From assembly GCF_009914755.1 (NCBI RefSeq), contig NC_060941.1: a stretch of 64,000 bases of DNA. One strand, written 5' to 3'. The notes beneath the pieces are model-generated. The model was not told the DNA's origin, did no database searches, and saw only the letters and a program-made list of their open reading frames with translations. The stretch comes from the human T2T-CHM13v2.0 reference genome, Homo sapiens. Made by a program: the position numbers and the translations under genes. Of the stretch, positions 34,441-48,174 are shown piece by piece (positions within the stretch are counted from its first letter, which is position 1; every line of letters begins with the position of its first letter).

Positions 34441-35069
34441 TAGGCTCAGGTTGGAATTGTTGGGGCAGGAATCAGATCAGAGACGTGAAGCAGACAGTGT
34501 GTGTGTGTGTGTGCGTAAGAGAGAGAGAGGTGGGGGCCAGGGAAACACAGTCAGGGGGTCTCTCCTGGAGCAGCTGACATGTCTGCCCAGTATTGAAGAA
34601 GGGAAGGGTCCAGTGACAGGGAGGCTGAGAGAGCGTTGCCTGTGAAGGAGCCAGGAGCGCACCTGTGGCTCAGCCCCAACGGAAGTGCAGCTGAGTGGGG
34701 GAGGGGTGGGGCTGAACAGAGAGGCTGGGGGGGCCAGATGGGAAGCTGCTGCCCTCAGGGGGAGCCTTACCACATGACAGGTCAGATTTGCAGTGTAGAC
34801 AGACTCCTCTGCAGCATGGAGGTTCGCAGGAGCACCTGGACCCTCATCAGCAGGATGGAAAATCAGGACCACTGGGAGTGGCACCCGTGTCCTGTTCAGA
34901 AATGCCCAGTTGGCCCAGGAGGGTCCTGGAGAGACTCTAGTCCCAGGGTCCTGCATCCTGCCCCCTTCCTTAGTGGGCAGTTTGTGTGAAATCAAACCAA
35001 AAAGGCATCCTGAGTGGTGGGAGAGCCAGAGGACAGCTCCCTGGGTCTGACTTGTGGTTTTGCCACCAG

Positions 35070-35223
35070 CATCAACGTCAATGACACCTGCAAGTATCAC
35101 TGCGGCCAAGACCTCAACAATCACAACTGCATTTCCACCTGTATCATCCACTACCCTGTTTGCAGTGGGTGCCACCCACAGTGCCAGCATCCAGGAGGAA
35201 ACTGAGGAGGTGGTGAACTCACA
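35070..35223 (+). CDS. CD300A: CD300A exon 3, Ser/Thr-rich mucin-like stalk
   Basis: Acceptor ccaccag|CA, translation ASTSMTPASITAAKTSTITTAFPPVSSTT...EEVVNS, donor CA|GTAAGC. 154 nt. Confidence 0.95.
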
Positions 35224-35548
35224 GTAAGCACCCTAGCCCCTGAGACATGGAGGGGGCCCTGTGCTAAGAGGAGGAGCCCAGGGCGGGGACCTTGGCCATG
35301 TGGGCCAGCTGGAGGTGTGCATCGCTCCGTTTGCCCCAGGCCCAGGTTGGAAGCCATAGTCTGAACACCCCGGCTTGGACCTGCCCTTGGCTTTGGAAGG
35401 GGGCTCAGGTAGGGGGGAAGTTGGGGGGCAGATGGAAGGAAAGTGATAGTTACTGACAGCTGGTAACATCCTACGAGGCCCGTGTTAGATGCTTCACATG
35501 AGTATTCTCACTTGCCTTTCACTGCAGCCCTGTACTGTTGTCATTCCG

Positions 35549-35915
35549 TGTATTAGTCTGTTTTCGCACCGTTGATAAAGACATACCCGAGACTGGATAA
35601 ATTATAATGAGAAAGAGGTTTTAATGTACTCACAGTTCCACATGGCTGAGGAGGCCTCACAATCAAGGCAGAAGGCAAAAGGCATGTCTTACATGGCAGC
35701 AGGCAAGACAGAGAATGAGAACCAAGCAAAAGGGGTTTCCTCTTATAAAGCCATCAGACCTCGTGAGACTTATTCACTACCACAAGAACAGTATGGAGCA
35801 AACCACCTCCATGATTCAGTTATCTCCCACTGGGTCCCTCCCACAACACGTGGGAATTATATGGGAGCTACAATTCAAGATGAGATTTGGGTGGGGACCC
35901 AGCCAACCCACATCA
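35549..35915 (-). mobile_element. THE1B/C-type solo LTR inserted in a MIR, CD300A intron 3
   Basis: tgtattagtc...gataaagacatacccgagactgg...gagatttgggtgggga...atca, flanked by MIR core (ccccattttacagatgag...actgagactcag). Confidence 0.85.
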
Positions 35916-36184
35916 ATCCCCATTTTACAGATGAGTAAACTGAGACTCAGCGAGGTGAAGCAATTTGCCCAGTCAAGTAGCTACAAGAGGCTAAGGCTAA
36001 GCTTCCAATTCTGGTTTATGTGACTCCAGAGCCTTGAGTTCTCCTCTCTAAATAGTGGTTCTTAACCTTTTTCGGGGTCACCAACCCCACATAGAATCTG
36101 ACATCTATGGACACTCTCCCCAGAAAAACACATGCAGTCACAAACCTTTTCTGGGATTCACGGACTCCCTATTCTAGCACAAAA

Positions 36185-36898
36185 CCCCACAATTCCATCC
36201 TGGCACTATCCACCCAGAGTTAGTGCAGACCCCACAGGTGAAGAGCTTCCACATCTAAATCAGATCCCACAAGACCGCCCTGATTTAGATGCCAGTCGAA
36301 CTTTGGGGATCCCCAGGCCACCACACTTCTGACCAACTGGATGCAAATTTGGGGGTTCCCAGGACCCCCCCAGGTTCAATAATTTGTTAGACTCAGAACT
36401 CTGGAAAGCATTATACTTACAATTACAGTTTTATCATAAGGATAAAGGATAAAGATTAGGACCAGCCAATGCAGAGATACATAGGACAAGGCTTGGGAGG
36501 ATCCCAAACAGTTTCTGTGCCCTCTCCAGGTGGAATCAGGGAGCATCACCTGCACCCTCCCTGCGGCACCTCAATATATTTATCAACCAGGAAGCTCCTC
36601 CAAGCTTTGGTGTCCAGAGTTTTTATTGGGGTTTCATTACATAGGCATGATGTGATTGAACTGTCTCCACCTCCAGTCCCTCTTTGGGAGGTTGGGCTGG
36701 CTCAGGGCTCCAAATCTCTAATTACGTAGTTGGTCTTTCTGGTGACCAGCCCCATCCTATTGTCTCATCTCTTACCAAAGTCCAGGTGTGATTCATGAAC
36801 AACAAAGACACTCCTAATTTTTGGGACATTCCAAGGATTTAGAGCCTCCCTCCTAAGAGCTAGGGACAAAGGCCAGCCAGATTCTTTACTGGACAACA
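36185..36898. mobile_element. MER21-family LTR, CD300A intron 3
   Basis: Recalled MER21 blocks (cagaccccacagg, cacacttctgaccaactgg, ttggtctttctggtgaccagcccc, agggacaaaggccag). Confidence 0.65.
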
Positions 36899-37972
36899 TC
36901 CATAAACCCCTCCACAGGCTTCTGCCAACATATAAGACAAGGCAAAATTCAGGCTTGAACATGCCACTTCCAGAAGTTTAGCCTGTAGATACACATAGGT
37001 GGCAGCGCTGAGTTCTGTGGGGCCTGAAGGTTGTGCAGTTTGCGGGGTGGGTTGGTGGGTGGGTAATCTAAGAAAAAGATGAGAAAATTATGAATGCAAA
37101 CGTAGGCATGAAGGAAAGGGCCCAAGCAATGGAGGGACCTGAAGCTGGGCTGCATCAGCCTCCTGGTCAATCTGCTGCTGCGTGGTCAGGTGTGAAAAGG
37201 TGGAGCTGCAAGGCGATTTATAAGCAACGTTTACCATTGCAAAGGACTGGGGAAATGCCCATTCAGTGGGAACATTTAAATAAATCACAGTCTATCCATG
37301 TGTTGGAATACCCTGCAGCTATAGGAAAGAGTGAGGGACTTCTTTATGTACTGACGTGGAAAGACCTCTAAGATGTATTGCTAAGTAAAACCAGAATAGT
37401 GTTAGACGAGGCCTCCTTTGTGTGAAAGAGAAAGGAGATCCCGTACATTCGTATTTGCTTGTATACACATAAAGAAACTCTGGAAGGTTCTTAAGAACAG
37501 CACGTGTGTGTATGTGGGGAAATTGGGGAATGTGTAAATGGGGGGTGTGTAGAAAGGGGGCTTTATACTGTCTATTTTTTTTAATTGACCTTATCTATCT
37601 ACTTAAAAAGTTAGAGAAGGAGACCAGGTATATTGGCTCATGCCTGTCATCCCAGCATTTTGGGAGGCTGAGGCAGGAGGGTGGCTTGAGCTCAGGAGTC
37701 TGAGACCATGCTGGGCAATATAGCAAGATTGAGTCTCTATGAAAAATTTAAAAATTAGCCATGGTGGCCTGTGCCTGTAGCTGGAGGCTGAGGCAGGAGG
37801 ATCACTTGAGCCCAGGGGTTCAAGGCTGCAGTGAGCCATGATCACCACTGCACTCCAGCCTGGGTAACAGAGCCAGATCCTGTCTCAAAAAATAAAAATA
37901 AAAAATAAAAATAAAAAAGTAAGTTGGAGAAGGCAAGTTGGCCCCGCCCTCACCATCCTGTGCCTCCTCCAG

Positions 37973-38067
37973 GCTCCCGCTGCTCCTCTCCCTGCTGGCA
38001 TTGTTGCTGCTTCTGTTGGTGGGGGCCTCCCTGCTAGCCTGGAGGATGTTTCAGAAATGGATCAAAG
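37973..38067 (+). CDS. CD300A: CD300A exon 4, transmembrane segment
   Basis: Acceptor cctcctccag|G, translation LPLLLSLLALLLLLLVGASLLAWRMFQKWIK with an uncharged TM helix, donor AAAG|GTGAGT. 95 nt. Confidence 0.96.
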
Positions 38068-39412
38068 GTGAGTTGGCTCCCCACACCCCTCTGCCCCACC
38101 TGGGGTGGTCAGACCCTGACCACAGACGCTCATCTTCAAAGCTATGTCCACGTCCCACAGTATTGCTATGAAATGTGACACCCAGACCACACATCCTAGG
38201 TGATCCTACAGGGCAGGTCCCATGGGAGGCATCCTTGTGCGTGGTGGTTACAGGCTGTGAGAGGTGGCTCCCAAGCAGGAGGCTTTCCCACTTCCAGGCC
38301 AAGGGTGGTTGCCCCATGAAGCAATGACCCTCTTCTGTTTAAAACCCTGGCATGGTGTGCTGGGTGCAGTGGTGTGCATCTGTAGTTCCAGCTACTCAGG
38401 AGGCTGAGATGGGAGGATTGCTTGATCCCAGGAATTCAAGACCAGCCTGCGCAACACAACAAGGCTCCCGTGTCTATAAGATAAAATAAACCCTTGCATG
38501 GTCTCCCCCACCATAAAAAGTCCAGGTATCTACAGGAGTCACTGCCCTCCACGATCTGGCTCTACCCACCTCCCTCTCCCCATCCGCGCACCCTGGAAAC
38601 CAACTTCTTGTATCTCCTTTAATGACAACCTCAACCTCAGCCTCTCCTCTCCTTCTGGGTTTGCTCTGGGCTGGAGGGCCTCCCCTGCCCCCTCTCCCCA
38701 GCTCACTCCCAGTGGACTCCAACAGTGGTCCTCAGACTTTCTTTTCTCTGGGACCTTTTCTTTGACTCCAAAGAGTGGCTTGGGGCCCCTCCTGGCTATA
38801 CCTCTGCTGTCACAGCCTTTTGGGAACCAGATTGTCATTGCTGGTGTCCTCATCTGCCTTCCCACAGGCATGTGCTTCAAGGAGGTACAGAACCAATATT
38901 TGTCAAATTAATGTGTTATTCAGTATCTCCAGCTGCAACGGGCACCCCAGGGGCCTCCAGGCAATCTCTAGTCCAGCTGCCCTCCTCTGAGCTCAGATTA
39001 AAAGACAGAACAGGAACTCTTGGCACTCAGTAAGTAGATGCTCAATAAATAGCTGATAGGCAAATTGAATAAGCACAGGAACAGAGGAACAAGTGGAGGT
39101 GTGGCCACCAGTCCTCTAGATTGCAGATCCCTGGCCGAGGTCAAGTGTAAGCCTGAAGCTTCCTCCCTGTTCGGAGAGTTGAAGATTCCACAGGCAGAAG
39201 ATTCTCAGGGGAATCTTTGTCCAAAGCCTTCCAAGACTGCAGTGAGACTGGGGTGGGAAGAGATGGGGTTATCCTGTCCCATAGCTGCAGGATAAGCTGC
39301 TGCATGCTTGGTGGGGGGCACTGCTCACACATATCCCCAGTGCCTCCTGTGGCGCCCAGGCTTTTGGCGGAGAAATCAGCCTCAGTAGATCTGTGCAGGG
39401 TGTATGGGAAGA

Positions 39413-39428
39413 AAACCACTTCCTCTTT
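39413..39428 (-). promoter_or_regulatory. PU.1 consensus overlapping a RUNX-like site in CD300A intron 4
   Basis: Minus strand reads AAAGAGGAAGTGGTTT. Confidence 0.5.
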
Positions 39429-41149
39429 CCCATCTGCTTTGTGTGTGTCATTTTCTGGTAACCCCATCCTAAACTTCAGCACCCACGTGGATGCCACTGG
39501 GTTGTCTCAGTTCTGAGCCCCTTTCGGTTTCCTTTGTGCCCTTTCACCCAGAAAGTCTCTGGCTCCTCAAAGAGCCTCCTCCCCCCTTGAAAAGGATGTA
39601 CGTGATTATTGTAGGAAGTTTGAAAAATGAGCAAAAGCACAAAGAAGGAAATAAATCCCCCATCATCGATGATAACTAAAAACCCCACCACCTAGAGAAA
39701 ACCAGCCACTGGCCCCTGAGGTATATCCTTCCAGTCTTTTTTTCTATGCCTATGTAAATGCATCTATGATTTCTTTTTTTTTCTCTTTTTTGAGACAGAG
39801 TCTCACTCTGTCACCCAGGCTGGCGTGCAGTGGCATGATCTTGGCTCACTCCAGCCTCGACCCCCCACTGCCCGGGGCTCCAGTGATCCTCCTGCCTTAG
39901 CCTCCCAAATAGCTGGGACTACAGGTGCTCACCACCACGTCTGGCTAATGGTTAAATTTTTTTTTTTAAGAGATGGGGTTTCACTATGTTGCCCAGCCTG
40001 GTCTTGAACTCCTGAGCTCAAGCCCAGAGTGCTGGGATTACAGATGTGAGCCACCACACCCAGTCATGCATCTGCGATGTCTTAACAAATTGGCCTCATA
40101 CCACTCATTCTCTTTTAAACCTACATTTTTGCACTTAACATATGGTACCATGTTCCCAGCTAGTAAATGTTCTAAAAATCACAGACGCAGAGTTTACTGG
40201 TGTCTTAAGCTTCCTGTAACCCATCCTCAGTAACAAGATAAAGGCTTTCTATTCAAACATTTTTGACTCTCTGTCCCCTGCTTTGCAAGTCCGTGCCCCA
40301 TCCCCTGACTGTGTGGCTGGGGCTGACTTCCCCTTGCCCTGCCTGGAGCCTGACACCTGCCTCATCACACCTACTCCCCACTCTTTCCCCCAGCCCACAT
40401 TTGTCGTTCATTCATTCATACAACAAAGCTGTCCTGAGCACCTACTGTGTGCCAGGCCTGTGCTGGGCCCTGGGGACAACATTGTGACTGGGGTAGACTG
40501 GGTCTTACCTTCAGTGAGCTTCCCCTACCGCTGGCTCCCCCAAACCTTCTCACTACCACCCTCCTTCCCGGGCGTTGAACTCCTGTCTCTTCCCCACCAG
40601 CTCTTTTTCTCCTTCCCATCAGAACACTTGTCCCAGGTGGGGACAGGGAGGGCAGTGTGGTGCCTGCGCACAGCACTTGGAAGCAGGGCACTTCGCACCC
40701 CAGAGTACCCGGCTGCGCACTCCATTAGGTCAGCTGTGGCTCAGCAAGCCCGTCACTATACGTGGTCTTGTGTCTCCCAACCGTGGGCTCCTCCCCTTTA
40801 ATTCTGGGGGAGGAGCCCACAGATCCCCACAGCATCCAGTGCAGTGGGCTCTGGGGTTGCCTGGCTGTGGACCTAACCAAGGGCATCAGCAGCGTGTGTG
40901 TCACCCGCTGCCCACGTGGTCCGGGCTCCTGGGGTGAAAGGGTTAGGGTGTACAGGGCTGTGCTCATAGGCAGCACCCTTATAGAGCAGGTGCCAGCAGC
41001 CAAGGGCTGTGTGAGCCTGAGCTGGCGTCCCTGGGGCTGACAGGCCTCCTTCCCTACGGCCTGGGGCAGCAGGCAGGTGGGCTGTCTGGGAGGGCAGACC
41101 TCAGGCACGGGGATGGGAGCAGAGGCCCCAGCAACTTCCCACAGTCTGA

Positions 41150-41518
<369 letters not shown>

Positions 41519-41821
41519 TGATCTGCCCTCCTCGGCTTCCCAAAGCACTGGGATTACAGGCGTGAGCCACCGCACCCGGCCCAGCTGGAATCTTTCTATT
41601 TCTCCATTTATTCACTCATCCTGTGCTCGTTCATTCATTTACTAAGTCACTAATTCACTCACTCAACAAACCCTTGAGTTCCTACCATGCTTCAGGCCTG
41701 AAGGGATAGGTCCCCAGGGCTGAGGTCTCTAGGGAAAGGCCTTTTCCCAGAAGGCTTGTAAGGTCCTCCATCCTGGCCGTTGTTCCGGGATTCAACCTCC
41801 TTCCTCTCCTCTTGTCTCTAG

Positions 41822-41859
41822 CTGGTGACCATTCAGAGCTGTCCCAGAACCCCAAGCAG
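41822..41859 (+). CDS. CD300A: CD300A exon 5, short cytoplasmic exon (AGDHSELSQNPKQ)
   Basis: Long pyrimidine tract with tag acceptor and donor CAG|GTAAGG. The 38 nt restore phase 0. Confidence 0.93.
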
Positions 41860-42258
41860 GTAAGGGGGCTTTAGCAGGAGGTGTATCAGGTGGCTGGGCG
41901 GAGGGTACAGAGGCTGCTGGGGAGTTGGACAGTCCCATCGGCCAACGGAGGTTGGATGGAGCGGGGAGCTCACCCAGAGCAGGACGAATGATGCTGGGAG
42001 ATGTGGTCACTAGGTCTTGTTCTGAGTCCTGGCCAGCCTGTCCCCTCCCCACCAAGGCAAATGGAATGAAGGGAGGCCCTCCCAGCCAAGCTGACCTGGG
42101 GAACATTAAACTACTGGACGGAGTGGGGTGGAGGCAGGAAGGGGAAGGTGGGGGCTGAGGTGCTCAGAGCATAGAGGAAGGGGAGACACATGCAGAGACG
42201 CAGGGACAGAGGCTGCAGGGCTCCGTGGACACCCACCTGGGACCTCCTGCCCACCCAG

Positions 42259-42366
42259 GCTGCCACGCAGAGTGAGCTGCACTACGCAAATCTGGAGCTG
42301 CTGATGTGGCCTCTGCAGGAAAAGCCAGCACCACCAAGGGAGGTGGAGGTGGAATACAGCACTGTG
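42259..42366 (+). CDS. CD300A: CD300A exon 6 with ITIMs LHYANL and VEYSTV
   Basis: Acceptor ccacccag|GCT, donor GTG|GTAAGT. 108 nt, phase 0-0. Confidence 0.96.
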
Positions 42367-42925
42367 GTAAGTGCAGGAGCCCGGCTTTTGGGCATGCGGC
42401 CCCTGGGCTGTGCCAGGGCACCCCTGGGAGGGTGGGCAGAAGGGGAAGGAAGGGGTCGGCTTGGTGATCTTGTGCCTGTCAGGGACAGGGCCACATGGAG
42501 ATGGAGCAAGTGTAGATTTTGCCAGAGCAGAGGTCCTTAGGAGGGCTTGGTGTCATTGTGGTGGGGGGTTTTTGGGGGTGGCCAGCAGCTATGGCTCTGA
42601 CAGTCCGTGAAGTCCAGCATGGGTTAAGCACCTGCTGTGTATCGTGAGCCAAGCTGAGAACCTGTGACTTCTCACTGTTTTGGTCTCATCATCTCTTTGA
42701 CATCAACTCTGCTTTCCAGGTTTTTGTCTGTGACCCGCTGTGGGTCAACCCTTGGGCGCAGCCACCTTCAACTGGGATGATGGGATGGGGGCTGCCTCCC
42801 TGGGTCGTGACCCACCTGCTAGTGGGAGAGTTCAAGCAGAAGCTGGGGGTCACTTGGCAGAGAGGATCGGGAGGGATGTAAGCATCAGCAGGGAAGCTTA
42901 AAGGGCCCCCAGGCCTGGGAGCTGA

Positions 42926-43575
<650 letters not shown>

Positions 43576-44526
43576 TGACTCCTTCCTTGCATGACATGAT
43601 CTTGTGTCCACGAAGCTGCATGGCCTGGGACCAGCAACAGCCTTGTTCTAACTTGTTGTCTCATGATTTAAAGTGGATGGCACATGGTCTTACTCTTCTC
43701 CCAGCCCCCTTGGTACAAGTTGGGACTCATGCCCACAGTACAGCAAGTTAATCAGAGCTGCAGGGCCAACGCAGTACCCCTGTACTGGCTTCAACTCCAC
43801 CTAGAGAACGAGGGGTCCTCTGCAGAAAGGGATCCATGGCTGCTTCGTTGTGAGAACTTTCCTTTTTTTTTCTTTTCTTTTCTTTTTTTCTTTTTTTTTT
43901 TTGAGACAGAGTCCCACTCTGTCGCCAGGCTGGAGAGCAGTGGTGCAATCTTGGCCATTGCAACCTCCGCCTCCCCGATTCAAGCGATCCTCCTGCCTCA
44001 GCCTCCCAAGTAGCTGGGATTACAGGTGTCCACCACCACGCCCAGCTAGTTTTTGTATTTTTAGTAGATACTGGGTTTCACTATGTTACCCAGGCTGGTC
44101 TCAAACTCCTGACATCAAGTGATCCACCCGCCTTGGCCTCCCAAAGTGCTGGGATTAAGGGCGTGAGCCACTGTGCCTGGCCTCAAGAATATTTCATTAA
44201 GAGAAGCACAGAGGTGTCTTGGGGGAGCCCAGCCAGGTCTCAGGGCCTCAGTTTCTTCCCTGTAGAATGGACCAGGCTGGGTCAGCCCTGAGGAGCCCCC
44301 GGAGCCTCCTGCCTCTGATGCTGGGGATGTTGTGCTGCTGCTTGCCCAGTTGGGGAGGAGCAGCTGGGTGGACAGGATCATAGAGAAAAAGAGGCCAGGA
44401 CAGTGGAGCCTCTACAGTGAGGCCTCCCCAAAGCCCCTCAGGTGTCCTCCCTCCTCCATCCTATGTTGGGGGTCCTTTCTTCCCTTGCCTCTCCCAAGTC
44501 TTCAGTTTCTTGGTTTCTCTCTGCAG

Positions 44527-44652
44527 GCCTCCCCCAGGGAAGAACTTCACTATGCCTCGGTGGTGTTTGATTCTAACACCAACAGGATAGCTGCTCAGAG
44601 GCCTCGGGAGGAGGAACCAGATTCAGATTACAGTGTGATAAGGAAGACATAG
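44527..44652 (+). CDS. CD300A: CD300A exon 7 with ITIM LHYASV and tyrosine motif SDYSVI, then stop
   Basis: Acceptor ctctctgcag|GCC, TAG at 44650-44652. Total CDS is 40+339+154+95+38+108+126=900 nt, or 299 aa. Confidence 0.97.
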   Translation, partial: ASPREELHYASVVFDSNTNRIAAQRPREEEPDSDYSVIRKT

Positions 44653-45262
44653 GCTTTTGTCCTGCCTCGCCATCGGAGCTCTCATGGGCCCCAGGAAGTC
44701 CAGGGACAGCTCCCTTATACCTGGCCCACGTCCTTCTCAGCCTGCCCTCGACAACAGTGACCAACAGACAGGCAGCTGGGTTTCCCAGGCCATCCCTCTG
44801 TTGCCATCAGCTTGATTGGCTTCCCCGAGGGCCAGCAGGGCTGGGGGCTCCGGAGAGCAGCAGGAAGCACTCCCAGCCACCAGTGCCTGTCGCCTCTTTC
44901 CCCTTTGCCCCTGCTTCATCCCAGCTCTGTGTGTGGAGGACAAAGCTTCTTCCTGCGTGGCTCCAGGAAAAGATGTGGCTCACGTAGGTGGCACCTGCCA
45001 ATAGCTTTGTCAATCACAGCCCCATAGGAACGTCTGGAATTGCTTGGGAGTTGGGGAGAACTGTCAAGAAGAGTGAAGAGAGTGCCAAAGCGGAGATCTG
45101 TTCACCTGGGGGCCATGGAGGGGGGACCCACTAAAGATCAAGATCAAAGATTCTCCCCATCTCACAGACAAGGAAACTGAGGCCAGAGGGAGGAGAGAAT
45201 TGCTCATGGCTCCAGAACTGGTGGCAAGTTTCTCTGGACTCTTAGGTTTATTTTTAATATGA

Positions 45263-45305
45263 AATATAAAAACAGTTTCAAATATCTTATTGAGGGAGAA
45301 GTAAA
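45263..45305 (+). terminator. CD300A: Likely CD300A 3'-end region with variant poly(A) signals (AATATA/TATAAA 45263-45270, AGTAAA 45300-45305)
   Basis: Abrupt AT-rich block about 600 nt after the stop. No canonical AATAAA seen in the 3' UTR. Confidence 0.55.
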
Positions 45306-46892
45306 AACTTATTTAAACAATGCCTGCTATGTGTCTGCAATCCTCTGCAAAAGAAAGCTCCCAGCTTTGATACCAGATGAGTGCAGAGAAGCCTTGTGGG
45401 TGCAGTGGGTTGGGGACATCCTAAGAGAAGTCCTCACTGAGTGGGAGAAGGTGGGTCACAGCTGCTTCTTGCCATGATGTCTGTTTGCTTGTGTGTTTTT
45501 TGAGATGGGGCCTCGCTCTGTCCCCCAGGCTGGAGTGCAGTGATACGATCACAGCTCACTGCAGCCTGGAATTCTTGGGCTCAAGTGATCCTCCTGCCTC
45601 ACCCTCCTGAGTAGCTGGGACTACAAACACATGCCACCATGCCTGAATTTTTTTTTTTTGTAAAGATGGGGTCTCGCCATGTTGCCCAGGCTGGTCTTGA
45701 ACTCTTGGGCTCAAGCGATCCTTTTGCCTTGGCCTCCCTGAGTGCTAGGATTACAGCATGAGTCACCATGCCTGGCAGTTTGCATGATGGAAAACACAGC
45801 AGTTTTCTTGTCGGGAGATTTGAAATTTAATGCAAAGAGTTGTCCAGGCTGTCTTGAGTCTGTGGCAGCTGCCAACAGCTTTATGTTTTTATTTTTTCAT
45901 TTTAATTTTTCTTTTTTAGAGGCAGGGTCTCTCTGTGTTGCTCAGCCTTGAACTCCTGGAGTTGTGCAATGTGGACTCCTGGATCTGAAAGGTGAGGCTG
46001 CCATGAAGCCTATAATGTGGGTCGGGGCTTAGACATGTGCCTGGTACGGAGGGGAACCCAGAAATAGTTGTTGACTTCACTTGAATTGAGCCCGGTCACG
46101 TTTCAGTCCTGATCTGCAGTAACCCTTCTCAGGTTCCTGTTTCCAGAGACAGAATTCCACAGGGTGGTTTAAAACACAGAGGTTCGTGGCACCAGACTGA
46201 CTCTAAGACTCAGGGGATTGTTCGAAGGACCCCTTCTCCTCAATGGGAGTGAACTTTAATTCTCTGAAATAGTATTTTCTCTTTAATTCGGTCTAAATTT
46301 CTATCAATTAGAAGTAAGTCCTCTGTAAAATGCAAATGTCTAGGCTATCAGTTGGTTGTCAATGCCGGCTGCTATAACTACCACAACCTCCACAATAAAA
46401 CTGGGTGGAGTGGCGGGGTGAGGCTGGGGCAGGAGGGTATTGCAGCCACAGCCACACGCTGGCCCCAGCCCCCTGCCCCGTCAATCTCTAAGGCTTGGTG
46501 GTGGAATAAGTTCCCCGGTATAAACCATTTGCCCTGTGGAAGGTGGCAGCCCCTTGGGAGTCCTTCATGTCATTTCCTTGCCAGAGAGTCTCAGTTGGGA
46601 CCACCCCCATTCTCCAAGGAGGCCTCATAGCAGGAGGGAGCGGGCTGGCTTGCAATAGTCTTCTGGAAGTCTTACTGTCCAACTCCCTTCCAGGATGCTC
46701 TGCATACCAAAGGACACTGGGAAGAACCATCTTTGTCAAACCAGAGACAGGGTCTTCATCTGTTGCCCAGGCTAGAGTACAATGGCACAATTATTGCTCA
46801 CTGCAGCCTCGAACTCCTGGGTTCAGGCAGTTCTCCTGCCTCAGCCTCCTGAGTAGCTGGAACTACAGGCATGCGCCACCACACCTGGCTAA

Positions 46893-47090
<198 letters not shown>

Positions 47091-47393
47091 TAAACAAGGT
47101 TAATAGTTTCTTGTGTTTCTCCCCTGAGATAGTTAATCATTTGCACATATATCCATGTATATACGGCCTATATGTATATGCTCCTCCCCATTCCCATATG
47201 TGGGGATATCCTCCCCATTCCCACCATTCCTGCACAGTAGTATTTTCATGTCACAACCATCTTGGAGATTATTTTACCTTCTTCTATAAATGCTGCAGAA
47301 CATCCCATAACATTCCATTGTTTGTACCATGACATACACATGCCATTTTGCACATTTTCATAGACAGCTGAAGGGTAAAGTTGGAGAAATTCA

Positions 47394-48097
<704 letters not shown>

Positions 48098-48174
48098 TTG
48101 AAATAGCAATCTTTAATTTCCACCTTACTAGTTATCCCTCTACACCCAAAACTGACGTATTAATTTTTACCAAG

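Noticed and set aside
44981-44994. CTCF-like CACGTAGGTGGCAC in the CD300A 3' UTR
   Set aside because: Two mismatches at informative 5' core positions. Too weak to call without ChIP data.
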